In this document: positions 55,115 through 64,000 of the stretch, in pieces
How the letters are laid out: the number at the start of each line of letters is the position of its first letter
How positions within the stretch are numbered: position 1 is the stretch's first letter
Assembly (NCBI GenBank): GCA_963798085.1
Contig: CAWCRS010000007.1
Coordinates: forward strand, 448,001 to 512,000
DNA length: 64,000 nt
DNA from: an uncultured Gemmatimonadales bacterium
GTDB lineage: Bacteria > Gemmatimonadota > Gemmatimonadetes > Longimicrobiales > RSA9
Direction of reading: 5' to 3'
Made by a program: the position numbers and the translations under genes
Notes under the pieces: generated by a model
What the model saw: only the letters and a program-made list of their open reading frames with translations
Databases searched by the model: none
Told to the model about the DNA's origin: nothing

Positions 55115-55299
55115 CGGATGGATGCGTCGCCGTGGCTTCGGACGTCACGTGGCATGATCACCAGTCAGGACTGAGTGCGGGATCGAGCATGCGCCGGCCG
55201 TGCTCGCAGATCCATAGTAATTCGGGGATGTCGCCGAGTCAAAGACTACGAGGACACAGCGGCCTCGTGGGCTTCTCTTGGGCACGCCGGGCTTGCGCG

Positions 55300-55570
55300 C
55301 TTCACCGTGGAGAAGAGGGAAGACGCGGAAAACGGATTGTTTGCACACGGAAGTCTGCGGGAGAAACAGTGGGCACAGTGGATGACATTACAGTGATCGG
55401 CGGACTGCGAGGCAGTTGTCCAACACAATGGTATACGAGAGAGCCTCCGCGTGAGAATTGATCCGTATCCCTTTTCCGTCCTCCGATGCCTCTGCGGCCT
55501 CCGTGTGAGAACAGATCCGTGTCGTCTCCGTCCTCCGATGCCTCTGCGGCCTCCGTGTGAAAACGTCCGT
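55300..55570. repeat. Cluster of REP-like family 1 half-sites, including two identical 34-bp direct copies
   Basis: TCCGTCCTCCGATGCCTCTGCGGCCTCCGTGTGA at 55475-55508 and 55527-55560; partial third copy ending about 55454; opposing AACGGATTGTTTGCACACGGA at 55331. Confidence 0.8.
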
Positions 55571-55760
55571 TGTCCGTTCTCCGCGACCTCCAGGACCTCG
55601 GCCTCGACGCAATACCCCGCAGGAAGTCCCCGCGCAGCCCGTCACACGGCCGAGGGTCTCCCGTTACGGGGTGTTCCTCTCTTCCTCGCGTGAACTGATA
55701 CGCCTGCTGCGCATCCTCGACGCTCGAGTCGGTAATCGCAAAGAGTAACCCGGAGTGTGT

Positions 55761-57508
55761 ATGTCGTTCGCTTGGGTGCGCGCCCTCGTGCTGGTCCCGG
55801 CACTGGTGCTGGCGGGTCGTGTGGCAGCGCAGGACCATCGGTCCGCGAAGAAGGACAGTGGTCCACGCGTGTGACCATGCGCGGATTCCAGACGCAGCAG
55901 ATCGGGCAGACACTCGACGGCATTCCGCTGGGGGACATGACGTACGGCAATTTCAACGGCCTGAACATCGCGCGCGCGATCGATCCCGCGAATCTGTCGA
56001 GCACGACGGTCGAGCAGGGCAGCGGCGCGCTGGGCACGGCGTCGGCGAACAACCTGGGCGGCGTGATTGCCTACCGTTCGGCGGATCCCTCCAGCCAGCC
56101 CGGCGTGAGGCTGCAGCAGATGGCGGGCGATTTCCGCTCCTTCCGCACCGACCTGCGGCTCGACATGGGCGCGCACGCGCTCGCGCCTGACAGGGCGTTA
56201 TCAGGCTATGTCAGCTACGCGCGCACGGACAACGACAAGTGGAAGGGTGGTGGGCAGCGTTTCTCCGATTTCCCCGGCGACCACAAGCTGTTCTTCGGAC
56301 AGAGCGGGCTGCTGCGCGAGGGCGAGAACTGGCAGGATCAGTTCAACGCGCGCGCGGACCTGCTGCTGGGTGGCTCCCGGCTGACGGCGTTCTACGATTT
56401 CTCGGACAAGAAGGAGTCCGACTACATGGACCTCTCGCTCGGCGTCTTCAACGACCCGCGCTTCGGTCCGCGCACCGATTACTGGACCAGCTGGGCGACA
56501 GCGAAGCAGTACGCGGAGTATACGCTGCCGCCCTACAATCCGCTGGGCGATGTGGCGTACTTCATGTCGGCGCAGGGAGCGCGCCAGGATCACCTTGCGT
56601 ACCTGCGCGGCGATTTCCGTCTGGGCTCGCGCGCCCGCGTTGTGGTATCACCGTACGTGCACCGCAATCGGGGTGGCGGCGACTGGCACGCGCCCAGCTA
56701 CGGCGCCAGCTACAGTCCCGATCCCATCATGTTCCGGCAGACCCAGTACGCGATCGACCGGCGCGGCGTGCTGGCCACCGCAGTTACGGAGCTGGGCAGC
56801 TTCAATCGCCTCGAAGGCGGTGTCTGGCTGGAGAGCAACGACGTACGCATGCGCCGGCCGCGCTGGCGACTCAGGAACTACCAGGCAGGACCGGAAGTCG
56901 ATTTCAGCAATGTTCTTCAGCTCGATTTCGATCGCACCGGCGACCTGGGCACGACCATGCTGTACCTGCAGAACACCAGCACACTGCTGGACGAGCGCCT
57001 GCGTCTCACCTACGGCTTCAAGTGGCTGCACGTGAACGCGGACTTCCACTCCAACGGCAACACGCCCACGGACGGCGTGGTGGCGCCGCTGTCTCCGGAT
57101 GCCACGCGTCCGGACCTGTCGCTGCCCACGAAAGCGGGGATCCTGCCCCAGCTGGGCGCGGTCTTCGGGCTGAACCACACCGACGAGCTGTTCGCCAACT
57201 ACAGCGAAAACGTGAACCAGTACCCGTACAGTCCGCAGACCGGTGCGTACAACGCCAGCACTTCGCTCTTCCCGTTCCTCGAGAGCACGCATCCCGAGCG
57301 TTCCTCGACCATCGATCTCGGCGTGCGCACCAGCCGGTCCGGTACGGAAGGTTCGCTCGCAGTCTACTACATCGACTACCGTAATCGCCTGTTGGGCATC
57401 GCGCTGTGTCCGCCCACGGTCACCTGCGCGACGGGCCTGGGCAATGTGGGTTCAGTGCGCAGCCTGGGCGCGGAAGCGCTGCTCTCGCAGCATTCGTGCT
57501 GGACCTGA
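55761..57508 (+). pseudogene. TonB-dependent receptor with internal N-terminal deletion and truncated barrel
   Basis: Signal peptide MSFAWVRALVLVPALVLAGRVAAQ (55761) is out of frame with the plug half WSTRVTMRGF..TLDGIP; the barrel stops after GNVGSVRSLGAE with no terminal strands or terminal Phe. Confidence 0.8.
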
Positions 57509-57756
57509 AGCCTGGCTTCCTCTTCGGCACCAGCCTCGACGGCCCGCAAGTCGGACCCACCGCCACACACGGCATGCACGGCTACTTCCCCGACGAGCCC
57601 GACATGGCCGCCTCCTTCTTCCTCCCCGGCCCGCACATCCCGCACGGCCTCACCCTGGGCCGCATCGACATGCGCGACATCGCCCCCACCCTCGCCGCCC
57701 TCCTCGGCGTCTCTCTCCAAAGCGCCGAAGGCCACGCGCTCACCCTTCACCGCTGA
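57488..57756 (+). pseudogene. C-terminal remnant of an alkaline-phosphatase-superfamily nucleotide pyrophosphatase/phosphodiesterase
   Basis: GMHGYFPDEPDMAASF..GP.I..G..LG.IDMRDIAPTLAALLG, with no N-terminal catalytic part. Confidence 0.75.
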
Positions 57757-57863
57757 GTGCGGCGTCCTCCGCGTCCTCAATGTCAGAACCACGACCTGGA
57801 CAAAGGGTATCCCGCCAGATCAGCCCGCAGCTTCGTATCCTCAGGAAATCACGGTGCCTCGCG

Positions 57864-58271
57864 ATGCCCCAGAGAGACTACCTGATGCGCATGATCGAAC
57901 AGATGGGTTCTGTGCTGGCCCGTCTGCGGCAATTGATCATGGGTGGCGGACAGGTGGAGAGTGAACTGCTGAAAACCGCGCGGAGTCAGGGCGTCGATCT
58001 GGTGACCGCGCGGGCGCTCGATGCGGAAAGTCTGCTGGCGCTGCTTTCTGCCGGCGGGCCGCCCGACATTACGCGCACCTGGCTGATGGCCGAGCTGATC
58101 GGACTGGATGGCCTGAATGCGGAACTCGCGGGTGATGGGGTGACGGCGCGCGAGTCGTATCGCAAGGCGCTGGTGCTGTTCCGTGCCCTCGATCCGCACA
58201 TTCTGGGCGGGCTGCCCGACGCCACCGCGCGCATCGCCGACCTCGAACAGCGCGTTAGTGCGCCGCTTTGA
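57864..58271 (+). CDS. Helical hypothetical protein (DUF6483-like)
   Basis: QRDYLMRMIEQMG N-terminus; TPR-like YRKAL.LF. Confidence 0.65.
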   Translation: MPQRDYLMRMIEQMGSVLARLRQLIMGGGQVESELLKTARSQGVDLVTARALDAESLLALLSAGGPPDITRTWLMAELIGLDGLNAELAGDGVTARESYRKALVLFRALDPHILGGLPDATARIADLEQRVSAPL

Positions 58272-58272
58272 C

Positions 58273-59367
58273 TCAGAGCAGGCCTATGTGGCGGGCGAGC
58301 GCGTCCGCGGAAGGCGCCACCTCGGCGTGCGAGACGCCCTGCGCCATTGCGGTCTCGGGGTCCTTGAGGCCGGTGCCAGTGAGCACGCAGACGCAGCGCT
58401 CGTCGCGGTGCACGCGGCCGTCGCGCACGGCCGCGCGCAATCCTGCAATGCCGGCGGCGGAAGCGGGCTCGCAGAAGACGCCTTCCAGTCGGGCCACCTG
58501 GCGGTAGGCCTCGAGAATCTCGTCGTCGCTCACCGCCCGCAGTTCGCCGCCTGAGTCGTGGGCCGCGTCGACGGCGGGCTGCCATGTGGCAGGCCGGCCA
58601 ATGCGGATGGCCGTGGCGACCGTTTCCGGTTGCTCGACAGGTTGTCCGTGCACGAGCGGCGCCGCACCCGCGGCCTGCACACCCAGAATGCGTGGCAGGC
58701 GGGCGCAGCGACCCAGCTCGGCGTAGCGGCGGAATCCCAGCCAGTACGCCGTGATGTTGCCGCCATTGCCGACGGGCAGCGCGAGCACGGCGGGCGGCTC
58801 GGCCAGCGCATCGCAGATCTCGAACGCCGCGGTCGTCTGGCCGGCAATGCGGTGCGGGTTCACGGAATTCACGAGTGCCAGCGGGTACCGGTCCGCGGCT
58901 TCTCGCGCGACTTCGAGGGCGCGATCGAAGTTGGCGGCCATCACCACGACGTGGGCGCCGTACATCACCGCCTGCGCCACCTTGCCGTGTGCCACCTTGC
59001 CGCCCGGCAACAGCGCCACGGCTTCGAGGCCGGCACGCGCGGCGTACGCGGCCGCACTGGCGGCGGTGTTACCCGTCGACGCGCACAGCACGGTGCGCGC
59101 GCCATCCTCCACCGCCTTGGCCACCGCCACCACCATGCCGCGATCCTTGAACGAACCCGTCGGGTTCGTCCCCTCGAACTTGAGGTGCAGCTCACTCACG
59201 CCCACCCACGCACCGAGTCGTGGCGCGAGCAGGAGCGGCGTCTCGCCCTCGTCCAGGGTCAGGTGAGGCGTGCGTTCGGTGATGGGCAGCAAATGCCCCC
59301 AGCGCGCGAGCACGCCGCGCGCGCGGACATCGCCATTGCCTGTCGGCTGACTATCGGAAGACGGCAC
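58273..59367 (-). CDS. thrC: Threonine synthase
   Basis: NPTGSFKDRG PLP lysine, CASTGNT, PVGNGGNI, LTGTGLKDP. Confidence 0.95.
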   Translation of the reverse strand: MPSSDSQPTGNGDVRARGVLARWGHLLPITERTPHLTLDEGETPLLLAPRLGAWVGVSELHLKFEGTNPTGSFKDRGMVVAVAKAVEDGARTVLCASTGNTAASAAAYAARAGLEAVALLPGGKVAHGKVAQAVMYGAHVVVMAANFDRALEVAREAADRYPLALVNSVNPHRIAGQTTAAFEICDALAEPPAVLALPVGNGGNITAYWLGFRRYAELGRCARLPRILGVQAAGAAPLVHGQPVEQPETVATAIRIGRPATWQPAVDAAHDSGGELRAVSDDEILEAYRQVARLEGVFCEPASAAGIAGLRAAVRDGRVHRDERCVCVLTGTGLKDPETAMAQGVSHAEVAPSADALARHIGLL

Positions 59368-59387
59368 GGGTTGGCCCCCGCCCTGAT

Positions 59388-60320
59388 TCAGCTGGTTCGA
59401 ACGACCTGCGCTCCTGTCACATCAGGCTGCAATGGAAAGCACACGACCGGCCCCTGCTGCGCATCGAACGCGCGGCCCATGGCCTCCGCGACCGTTGCCT
59501 CGCTGCCCACGGGACATACCGCGATGAGACCGGAGCCGCTGCCGCTCACCGTCACAGCCCAGGCGCCGGCCTCGCGGCCATTCAGCACGGCCCGCTCCGC
59601 GCCCGGGATGAGCGCCATGCGATAGGGTACGTGCAGCTCGTCGTCGAAGCCGGTGCGCAGCAGTTCCGCATCACCCGATGCCAGACCCTGCACCAATGCG
59701 AGCACGCGCGCGAGAGCGCGCACAGCGACAGCATGCGAGACGGATGCGGGCAGCACGCGCCGCGCGTACGCGGTCGAGATCTCGAGGGCCGGCGCCGCGT
59801 AGGCAAAGCCAATGCGCGGCGAGAGGCGCAGCGGCAGCGTACGCGGCTCACCCGCCGGATCAGCTGTGATGCACACGAGGCCGCCCTGCAGCGCGGGCGC
59901 CGCATTGTCCGGGTGTCCCTCAATGTGCGCGGCCACAGACAGGAGACGGTCGCGGTCCGGCTCTTCACCCAGAGTGACGGCAGCCAGCAGCAGACCCGCG
60001 ATGGTCGCGGCCGCCGACGAGCCCAGGCCGCGGCCCACCGGGATTTCCGAGGTCATGCGCAGCACACCCGCGATCTGGCCGACGCCGCGTGACCGCAGCG
60101 CGGAGGCGAAGGCCGTGGCAACGGCGTCGTCGCCTGCTCCATTGGTAAGCGACGACAGCGTTCCGGCCCGCTCGACGCGCAGCGTAGCGGAGTCGCCAGG
60201 CTGGTACTGGACATCGAGATGCCGGTCGAACGCCAGACCGATGCAGTCGAAGCCCGCGCCCAGGTTGGAGGTGCTGCACGGCACGCGCACGCGTGCGGTC
60301 CGCAGTACGGGCGGGTTCAA
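59388..60320 (-). CDS. thrB: Homoserine kinase
   Basis: STSNLGAGFD, IPVGRGLGSSAAA, EGHPDN, SGSGS. Confidence 0.95.
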   Translation of the reverse strand: MNPPVLRTARVRVPCSTSNLGAGFDCIGLAFDRHLDVQYQPGDSATLRVERAGTLSSLTNGAGDDAVATAFASALRSRGVGQIAGVLRMTSEIPVGRGLGSSAAATIAGLLLAAVTLGEEPDRDRLLSVAAHIEGHPDNAAPALQGGLVCITADPAGEPRTLPLRLSPRIGFAYAAPALEISTAYARRVLPASVSHAVAVRALARVLALVQGLASGDAELLRTGFDDELHVPYRMALIPGAERAVLNGREAGAWAVTVSGSGSGLIAVCPVGSEATVAEAMGRAFDAQQGPVVCFPLQPDVTGAQVVRTS

Positions 60321-60775
60321 AGCAGAGCGAGAACGTCGTCCGCGTGGGTGGCCGGCTTCACGCGCTCCAGCACGCGCGCAATGCGACCGTCTGCGTCGAT
60401 GACGAACGTGGTGCGCTCATTGCCCCAGTACTTCCGGCCGTAGAGCGTCTTCTCCTTCCAGACGCCGTACTGCTCGGCCACCGCGTGATCGGTGTCCGCC
60501 AGCAGCGTGAATGGCAGGTCGTACTTGGACCGGAAGCGCTGGTGCGACTTCGCCGAGTCCGGGCTCACACCCAGGATCACCGCGTCCTTCGCGTCGAACG
60601 TGGCCGCACGATCCCGCAGCTCGCAGGCCTGCGTGGTGCAGCCCGACGTGTCGTCCTTCGGATAGAAGTAGAGGATTACCTTGCGGCCACGCAGGTCCGA
60701 CAGGCGAACCGGCGCGCCATCCTGATCGGGCAGCGCGAAATCCGGGGCGACCTCGCCCGCCTCGGGACGTGACAC
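60317..60775 (-). CDS. bcp: Peroxiredoxin Bcp/PrxQ
   Basis: YFYPKDDTSGCTTQAC. Confidence 0.95.
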   Translation of the reverse strand: MSRPEAGEVAPDFALPDQDGAPVRLSDLRGRKVILYFYPKDDTSGCTTQACELRDRAATFDAKDAVILGVSPDSAKSHQRFRSKYDLPFTLLADTDHAVAEQYGVWKEKTLYGRKYWGNERTTFVIDADGRIARVLERVKPATHADDVLALL

Positions 60776-60822
60776 GGCGGCTCAGCGGCTGGACAGTATG
60801 ACGGCGGCGGCCCGGCGCATCG

Positions 60823-61362
60823 TCAGTCGCCTGAATCCGTCGCCGCCGGCGGCGACCCTGCAGTCGCTTCGCCCCCGTCCAGCGCGACTGCCTTCGCGCG
60901 CGAGCCTTCCCGCCACAGCGACAGCGCAAGGATCGCCGCGCCCGCCGTGATGGCCATGTCCGCCACATTGAAGATGGGCCAGTGCATGAAGCCGAGGTTG
61001 ATCGGTCCGATGAAGTCGACGACGCCCTGATCCCAGCGAATGCGGTCGATCAGGTTGCCCATCGCGCCGGCCGCAACCAGGGAAAGGGCACAGGTACGCG
61101 CCCAGTCGGTGGGCTTCGTCGTGCCGAACATGCCCGCCAGCATCAGGACGACGAAGATCGACGCGGCTACCAGCATCCAGCGACCCGCCGACGGTATGTC
61201 GAGGCCGAAGGCAATGCCGCGGTTGAACGCCAGCGTGAACGGAACACCGGCGAGGGTAGCGTCACTGCGGCTGAGCGTCTCGAACGCCCAGCGCTTCGTC
61301 GTGACGTCTGCGATGAGGATGCCGCTCACCAGAAAAACGGCAAGGAAGAGCTTCTGCTTCAC
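60823..61362 (-). CDS. lspA: Lipoprotein signal peptidase II
   Basis: NRGIAFG, GNLIDR, VVDF, FNVAD. Confidence 0.94.
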   Translation of the reverse strand: MKQKLFLAVFLVSGILIADVTTKRWAFETLSRSDATLAGVPFTLAFNRGIAFGLDIPSAGRWMLVAASIFVVLMLAGMFGTTKPTDWARTCALSLVAAGAMGNLIDRIRWDQGVVDFIGPINLGFMHWPIFNVADMAITAGAAILALSLWREGSRAKAVALDGGEATAGSPPAATDSGD

Positions 61363-61526
61363 GGAGATACCCCGCTTCGCACTTGGTCCGAGGTTCGCGC
61401 TAATCTAATCGCGTCACGGGCGCGCCACCATTCCGGAGACAGTATCCACTGCGGCGGCCTGAGGTTCCCCGCGTCCCGCGGACGTTTGCGGTCGACCCGC
61501 TCGACCGGCCCGGTGTACGAACCATC

Positions 61527-62126
61527 ATGCGCGACACGGCACTTCTGATTATCGACGTCCAGAATGACTTCTGCCACGGAGGCGCCCTCGCCGTGCCTCG
61601 TGGCGACGAGGTGGTGCCCGTGCTCAACCGCTATATCCGGCAGGCCGAAGCGGCGAGCCAGCCCGTGTTCGCATCGCGCGACTGGCATCCCGCCGAATCG
61701 CAGCATTTCCTCGCGGGCGGCGGACCCTGGCCGCCGCACTGCATCCAGGGGACGACCGGTGCCGCCTTCCATCCCGCGCTCGATCTGCCCGCCGACGTGA
61801 CGGTAATTACCAAGGGCGACAACCCGCGCGACGACGGCTACAGCGCGTTCGATGGCCATGACGCACAAGGCAGTGCGCTGCTCGAAACACTGCAAGCGCG
61901 AGAGGTGAACCGGCTGCTGGTGGGTGGTCTGGCGACCGATTACTGCGTGCGCGCATCCGTGCTCGACGCGCGCCGCCATGGCTTCAATGTGGTACTGCTG
62001 CTCGACGCCATGCGCGGCATCGACCGGAACAGCGGCAATGAAGCACGCGCGCTGGATGCCATGGTTCGCGCCGGGGCAACGACCGCCACGCTGAACACCA
62101 TCGCCATGCCACACATGCGACGTTAG
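61527..62126 (+). CDS. pncA: Nicotinamidase/pyrazinamidase
   Basis: DVQNDF, RDWH, WPPHC, YSAF, GLATDYCV. Confidence 0.93.
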   Translation: MRDTALLIIDVQNDFCHGGALAVPRGDEVVPVLNRYIRQAEAASQPVFASRDWHPAESQHFLAGGGPWPPHCIQGTTGAAFHPALDLPADVTVITKGDNPRDDGYSAFDGHDAQGSALLETLQAREVNRLLVGGLATDYCVRASVLDARRHGFNVVLLLDAMRGIDRNSGNEARALDAMVRAGATTATLNTIAMPHMRR

Positions 62127-62174
62127 GATGTTTCCCGGCCCCAGCCCGAGCCCCAGCCCGAGAAACGAACCCTG

Positions 62175-63416
62175 ATGACCCGACGCATATCGACAACGGT
62201 CAGGATCGGCGACGTCGCCGTGGGCTCCGCGCATCCGATCGTGGTGCAGTCGATGACCAACACGGACACCGCAGATGCAGCGGCCACGGCGGACCAGGCG
62301 GAGCAGCTTGCCGCCGGCGGCAGCGAGCTGGTGCGTGTGACCGTCAACACGGATGAGGCGGCGCAGGCCGTACCCCAGATCGTGGCGCTGCTGGAACGGC
62401 GGGGTACGCCGGTTCCCATCATCGGCGACTTCCACTACAACGGCCATCTGCTGCTCACGCGACACCCCGACTGCGCGCAGGCGCTCGCCAAATACCGCAT
62501 CAATCCCGGCAATGTCGGCGCCAAACGCCATGACGAGAATTTCCGCACCATCATCGAAGTCGCCATCGCCAACGACAAGCCGATCCGCATCGGCGTGAAC
62601 TGGGGCTCGCTGGACCCGCAGCTGCTCACCGAGATGATGGATGCGAATGCCAGCCGCCCGGACCCGCTGGATGCACGTGAAGTCACCATCGAGGCCATGC
62701 TGGAGAGCGCGCTGCGTTCTGCCGCACTCGCGGAAGCGACGGGCCTGCCGCACGACCGCATCATTCTCTCCGCGAAAGTCTCGGGCGTTCAGGACCTGAT
62801 CAATGTGTACCGGCGACTGGGCGCGCGCTGCGACTACCCGCTGCACCTGGGCCTGACCGAAGCAGGCATGGGCATGAAAGGCGTGGTGGCATCCACGGCG
62901 GGCCTCAGTGTGCTGCTGCAGGAAGGTCTGGGCGACACCATCCGCGTATCACTCACGCCACGACCGGGCGGCGACCGCACCGAAGAAGTGTACGTGGCAC
63001 AGCAGATCCTGCAGTCCATGGGGCTGCGCAGCTTCGCGCCCCAGGTCACATCGTGCCCCGGCTGCGGCCGCACCACATCCACCTTCTTCCAGAAAATGGC
63101 CGAGGACATCCAGGACTACATCCGCCAGCAGATGCCGCTCTGGCGCGAGCGTTACCCCGGCGTGGAAGAAATGCGCGTCGCTGTGATGGGCTGCGTGGTG
63201 AACGGCCCCGGCGAATCCAAACACGCGAATATCGGCATCTCGCTGCCCGGCACCTTCGAAGAACCCAAAGCTCCCGTCTACATCGACGGCCGCCTCTTCA
63301 CCACGCTGAAAGGCGACACCCTCATCCCCGATTTCCTCCGCCTCCTCGACTCCTACGTCACCACTCATTTCTCCAGCGCAGAGAGCGCGCCGGGCGCGAA
63401 CAGGAGCAGTGCCTAG
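62175..63416 (+). CDS. ispG: (E)-4-hydroxy-3-methylbut-2-enyl-diphosphate synthase
   Basis: [39 protein letters not shown]. Confidence 0.97.
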   Translation: MTRRISTTVRIGDVAVGSAHPIVVQSMTNTDTADAAATADQAEQLAAGGSELVRVTVNTDEAAQAVPQIVALLERRGTPVPIIGDFHYNGHLLLTRHPDCAQALAKYRINPGNVGAKRHDENFRTIIEVAIANDKPIRIGVNWGSLDPQLLTEMMDANASRPDPLDAREVTIEAMLESALRSAALAEATGLPHDRIILSAKVSGVQDLINVYRRLGARCDYPLHLGLTEAGMGMKGVVASTAGLSVLLQEGLGDTIRVSLTPRPGGDRTEEVYVAQQILQSMGLRSFAPQVTSCPGCGRTTSTFFQKMAEDIQDYIRQQMPLWRERYPGVEEMRVAVMGCVVNGPGESKHANIGISLPGTFEEPKAPVYIDGRLFTTLKGDTLIPDFLRLLDSYVTTHFSSAESAPGANRSSA

Positions 63417-63471
63417 CAGGAGATTTCCAACTCAGCGAATGTGCCTGACAAGCGGTTCAAGAGCAGAAACA

Positions 63472-63504
63472 GAGGGCGCAGAGACGTGAAGCCTCTGCGC
63501 CCTC
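63472..63504. repeat. 12-bp perfect inverted repeat (family-1-like) between convergent genes; possible bidirectional terminator
   Basis: GAGGGCGCAGAG-N9-CTCTGCGCCCTC. Confidence 0.6.
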
Positions 63505-63531
63505 CGCGCGCTCGCGGTGAAGGCTGTGAAG

Positions 63532-64000
63532 TCAGTGGCCGACGGAGAAGAGGCTGAACATGAGGACGGTGCTCTCGCCGAAGCGGCCGGTGCTGCGGCG
63601 CAGTGCGCTGGCGTTCAGGCCCCAGGGACCGAGGTCGAGGCCGAGGCCGGCGCCGGCCTGCCAGCCGGTGGCGTCGGGGCCCATCGAGATCAATGCACCG
63701 CCCAGACGCAGGGGCAGCCAGTGGATGGCGCGCAGCTCGAGACCCGCGCCCAGCTGACGCGAGGGTCCTGTGAGCAGCCCATTCGCGCTGCCCAAGCGCG
63801 CGTCGGCCGAAAGCGTGAGTGCGCGCGAGCTGTGCGCAATGCCTCCCGCAAACACCGGCTTGAATGCCAGTGCGGCAATGTGCTGCTGCACTTCCATTGG
63901 CGCCGAGGCGAGCGGCATGTCTTCCGTGCTCGTAGTCGCACTGCCCTGGCTCAGGCTGACCGACAGCGGGCGATACCGCAGCTGGTCCAGATTCCACGCG
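63532..64000 (-). CDS. C-terminal part of a putative outer-membrane beta-barrel protein (5'-truncated by window edge)
   Basis: Frame open to the window end; LGAGLELR..WLPLRLG..GAGLGLDLG amphipathic strands. Confidence 0.6.
   Translation of the reverse strand, partial: AWNLDQLRYRPLSVSLSQGSATTSTEDMPLASAPMEVQQHIAALAFKPVFAGGIAHSSRALTLSADARLGSANGLLTGPSRQLGAGLELRAIHWLPLRLGGALISMGPDATGWQAGAGLGLDLGPWGLNASALRRSTGRFGESTVLMFSLFSVGH

Noticed and set aside
55475..55560. Two identical 34-bp direct repeats as a mini CRISPR array
   Set aside because: Only an 18-bp spacer and two full copies, no cas genes, and the repeat is a half-site of the dispersed palindrome family

Overview
GC-rich bacterial chromosome segment. 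The gene families (duplicated orphan MacB/FtsX permease, membrane Ser/Thr kinase, many carboxypeptidase-regulatory/TonB-plug proteins) suggest Gemmatimonadota or a relative, which is inference only. Several genes carry single-base frameshifts that look like long-read assembly indels. In order, the window holds: tonB-exbB-exbD-exbD; a 4-hydroxybenzoyl-CoA-reductase-like Mo enzyme whose FAD/[4Fe-4S] subunit lies 6 kb from the other two subunits; assorted envelope and hydrolase genes including a pseudokinase; a ~14.5-kb stress/dormancy-like block (PRTase-hydrolase, two USPs, sigma-54 two-component system, ligA, HAD-ATPase fusion, hsp20 with a sigma-54 promoter, rtcB); a five-gene multiheme cytochrome operon; four barrel-less TonB-plug/carboxypeptidase-regulatory proteins; a doubly deleted TonB-receptor/phosphodiesterase relic; and housekeeping genes (thrC, thrB, bcp, lspA, pncA, ispG). 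The best candidate for an undescribed system is the operon at 35399-43197. It encodes a His-rich membrane protein, 19-heme and 28-heme c-type cytochromes, an outer-membrane beta-barrel and a membrane-anchored ferredoxin-flavoprotein with permuted motif order. Together these look like a NAD(P)H-to-cell-surface electron conduit, bracketed by two copies of a ~85-bp palindromic repeat. No rRNA, tRNA, CRISPR array, transposase or phage genes were seen. All family assignments come from motif recognition by eye, not from database searches.
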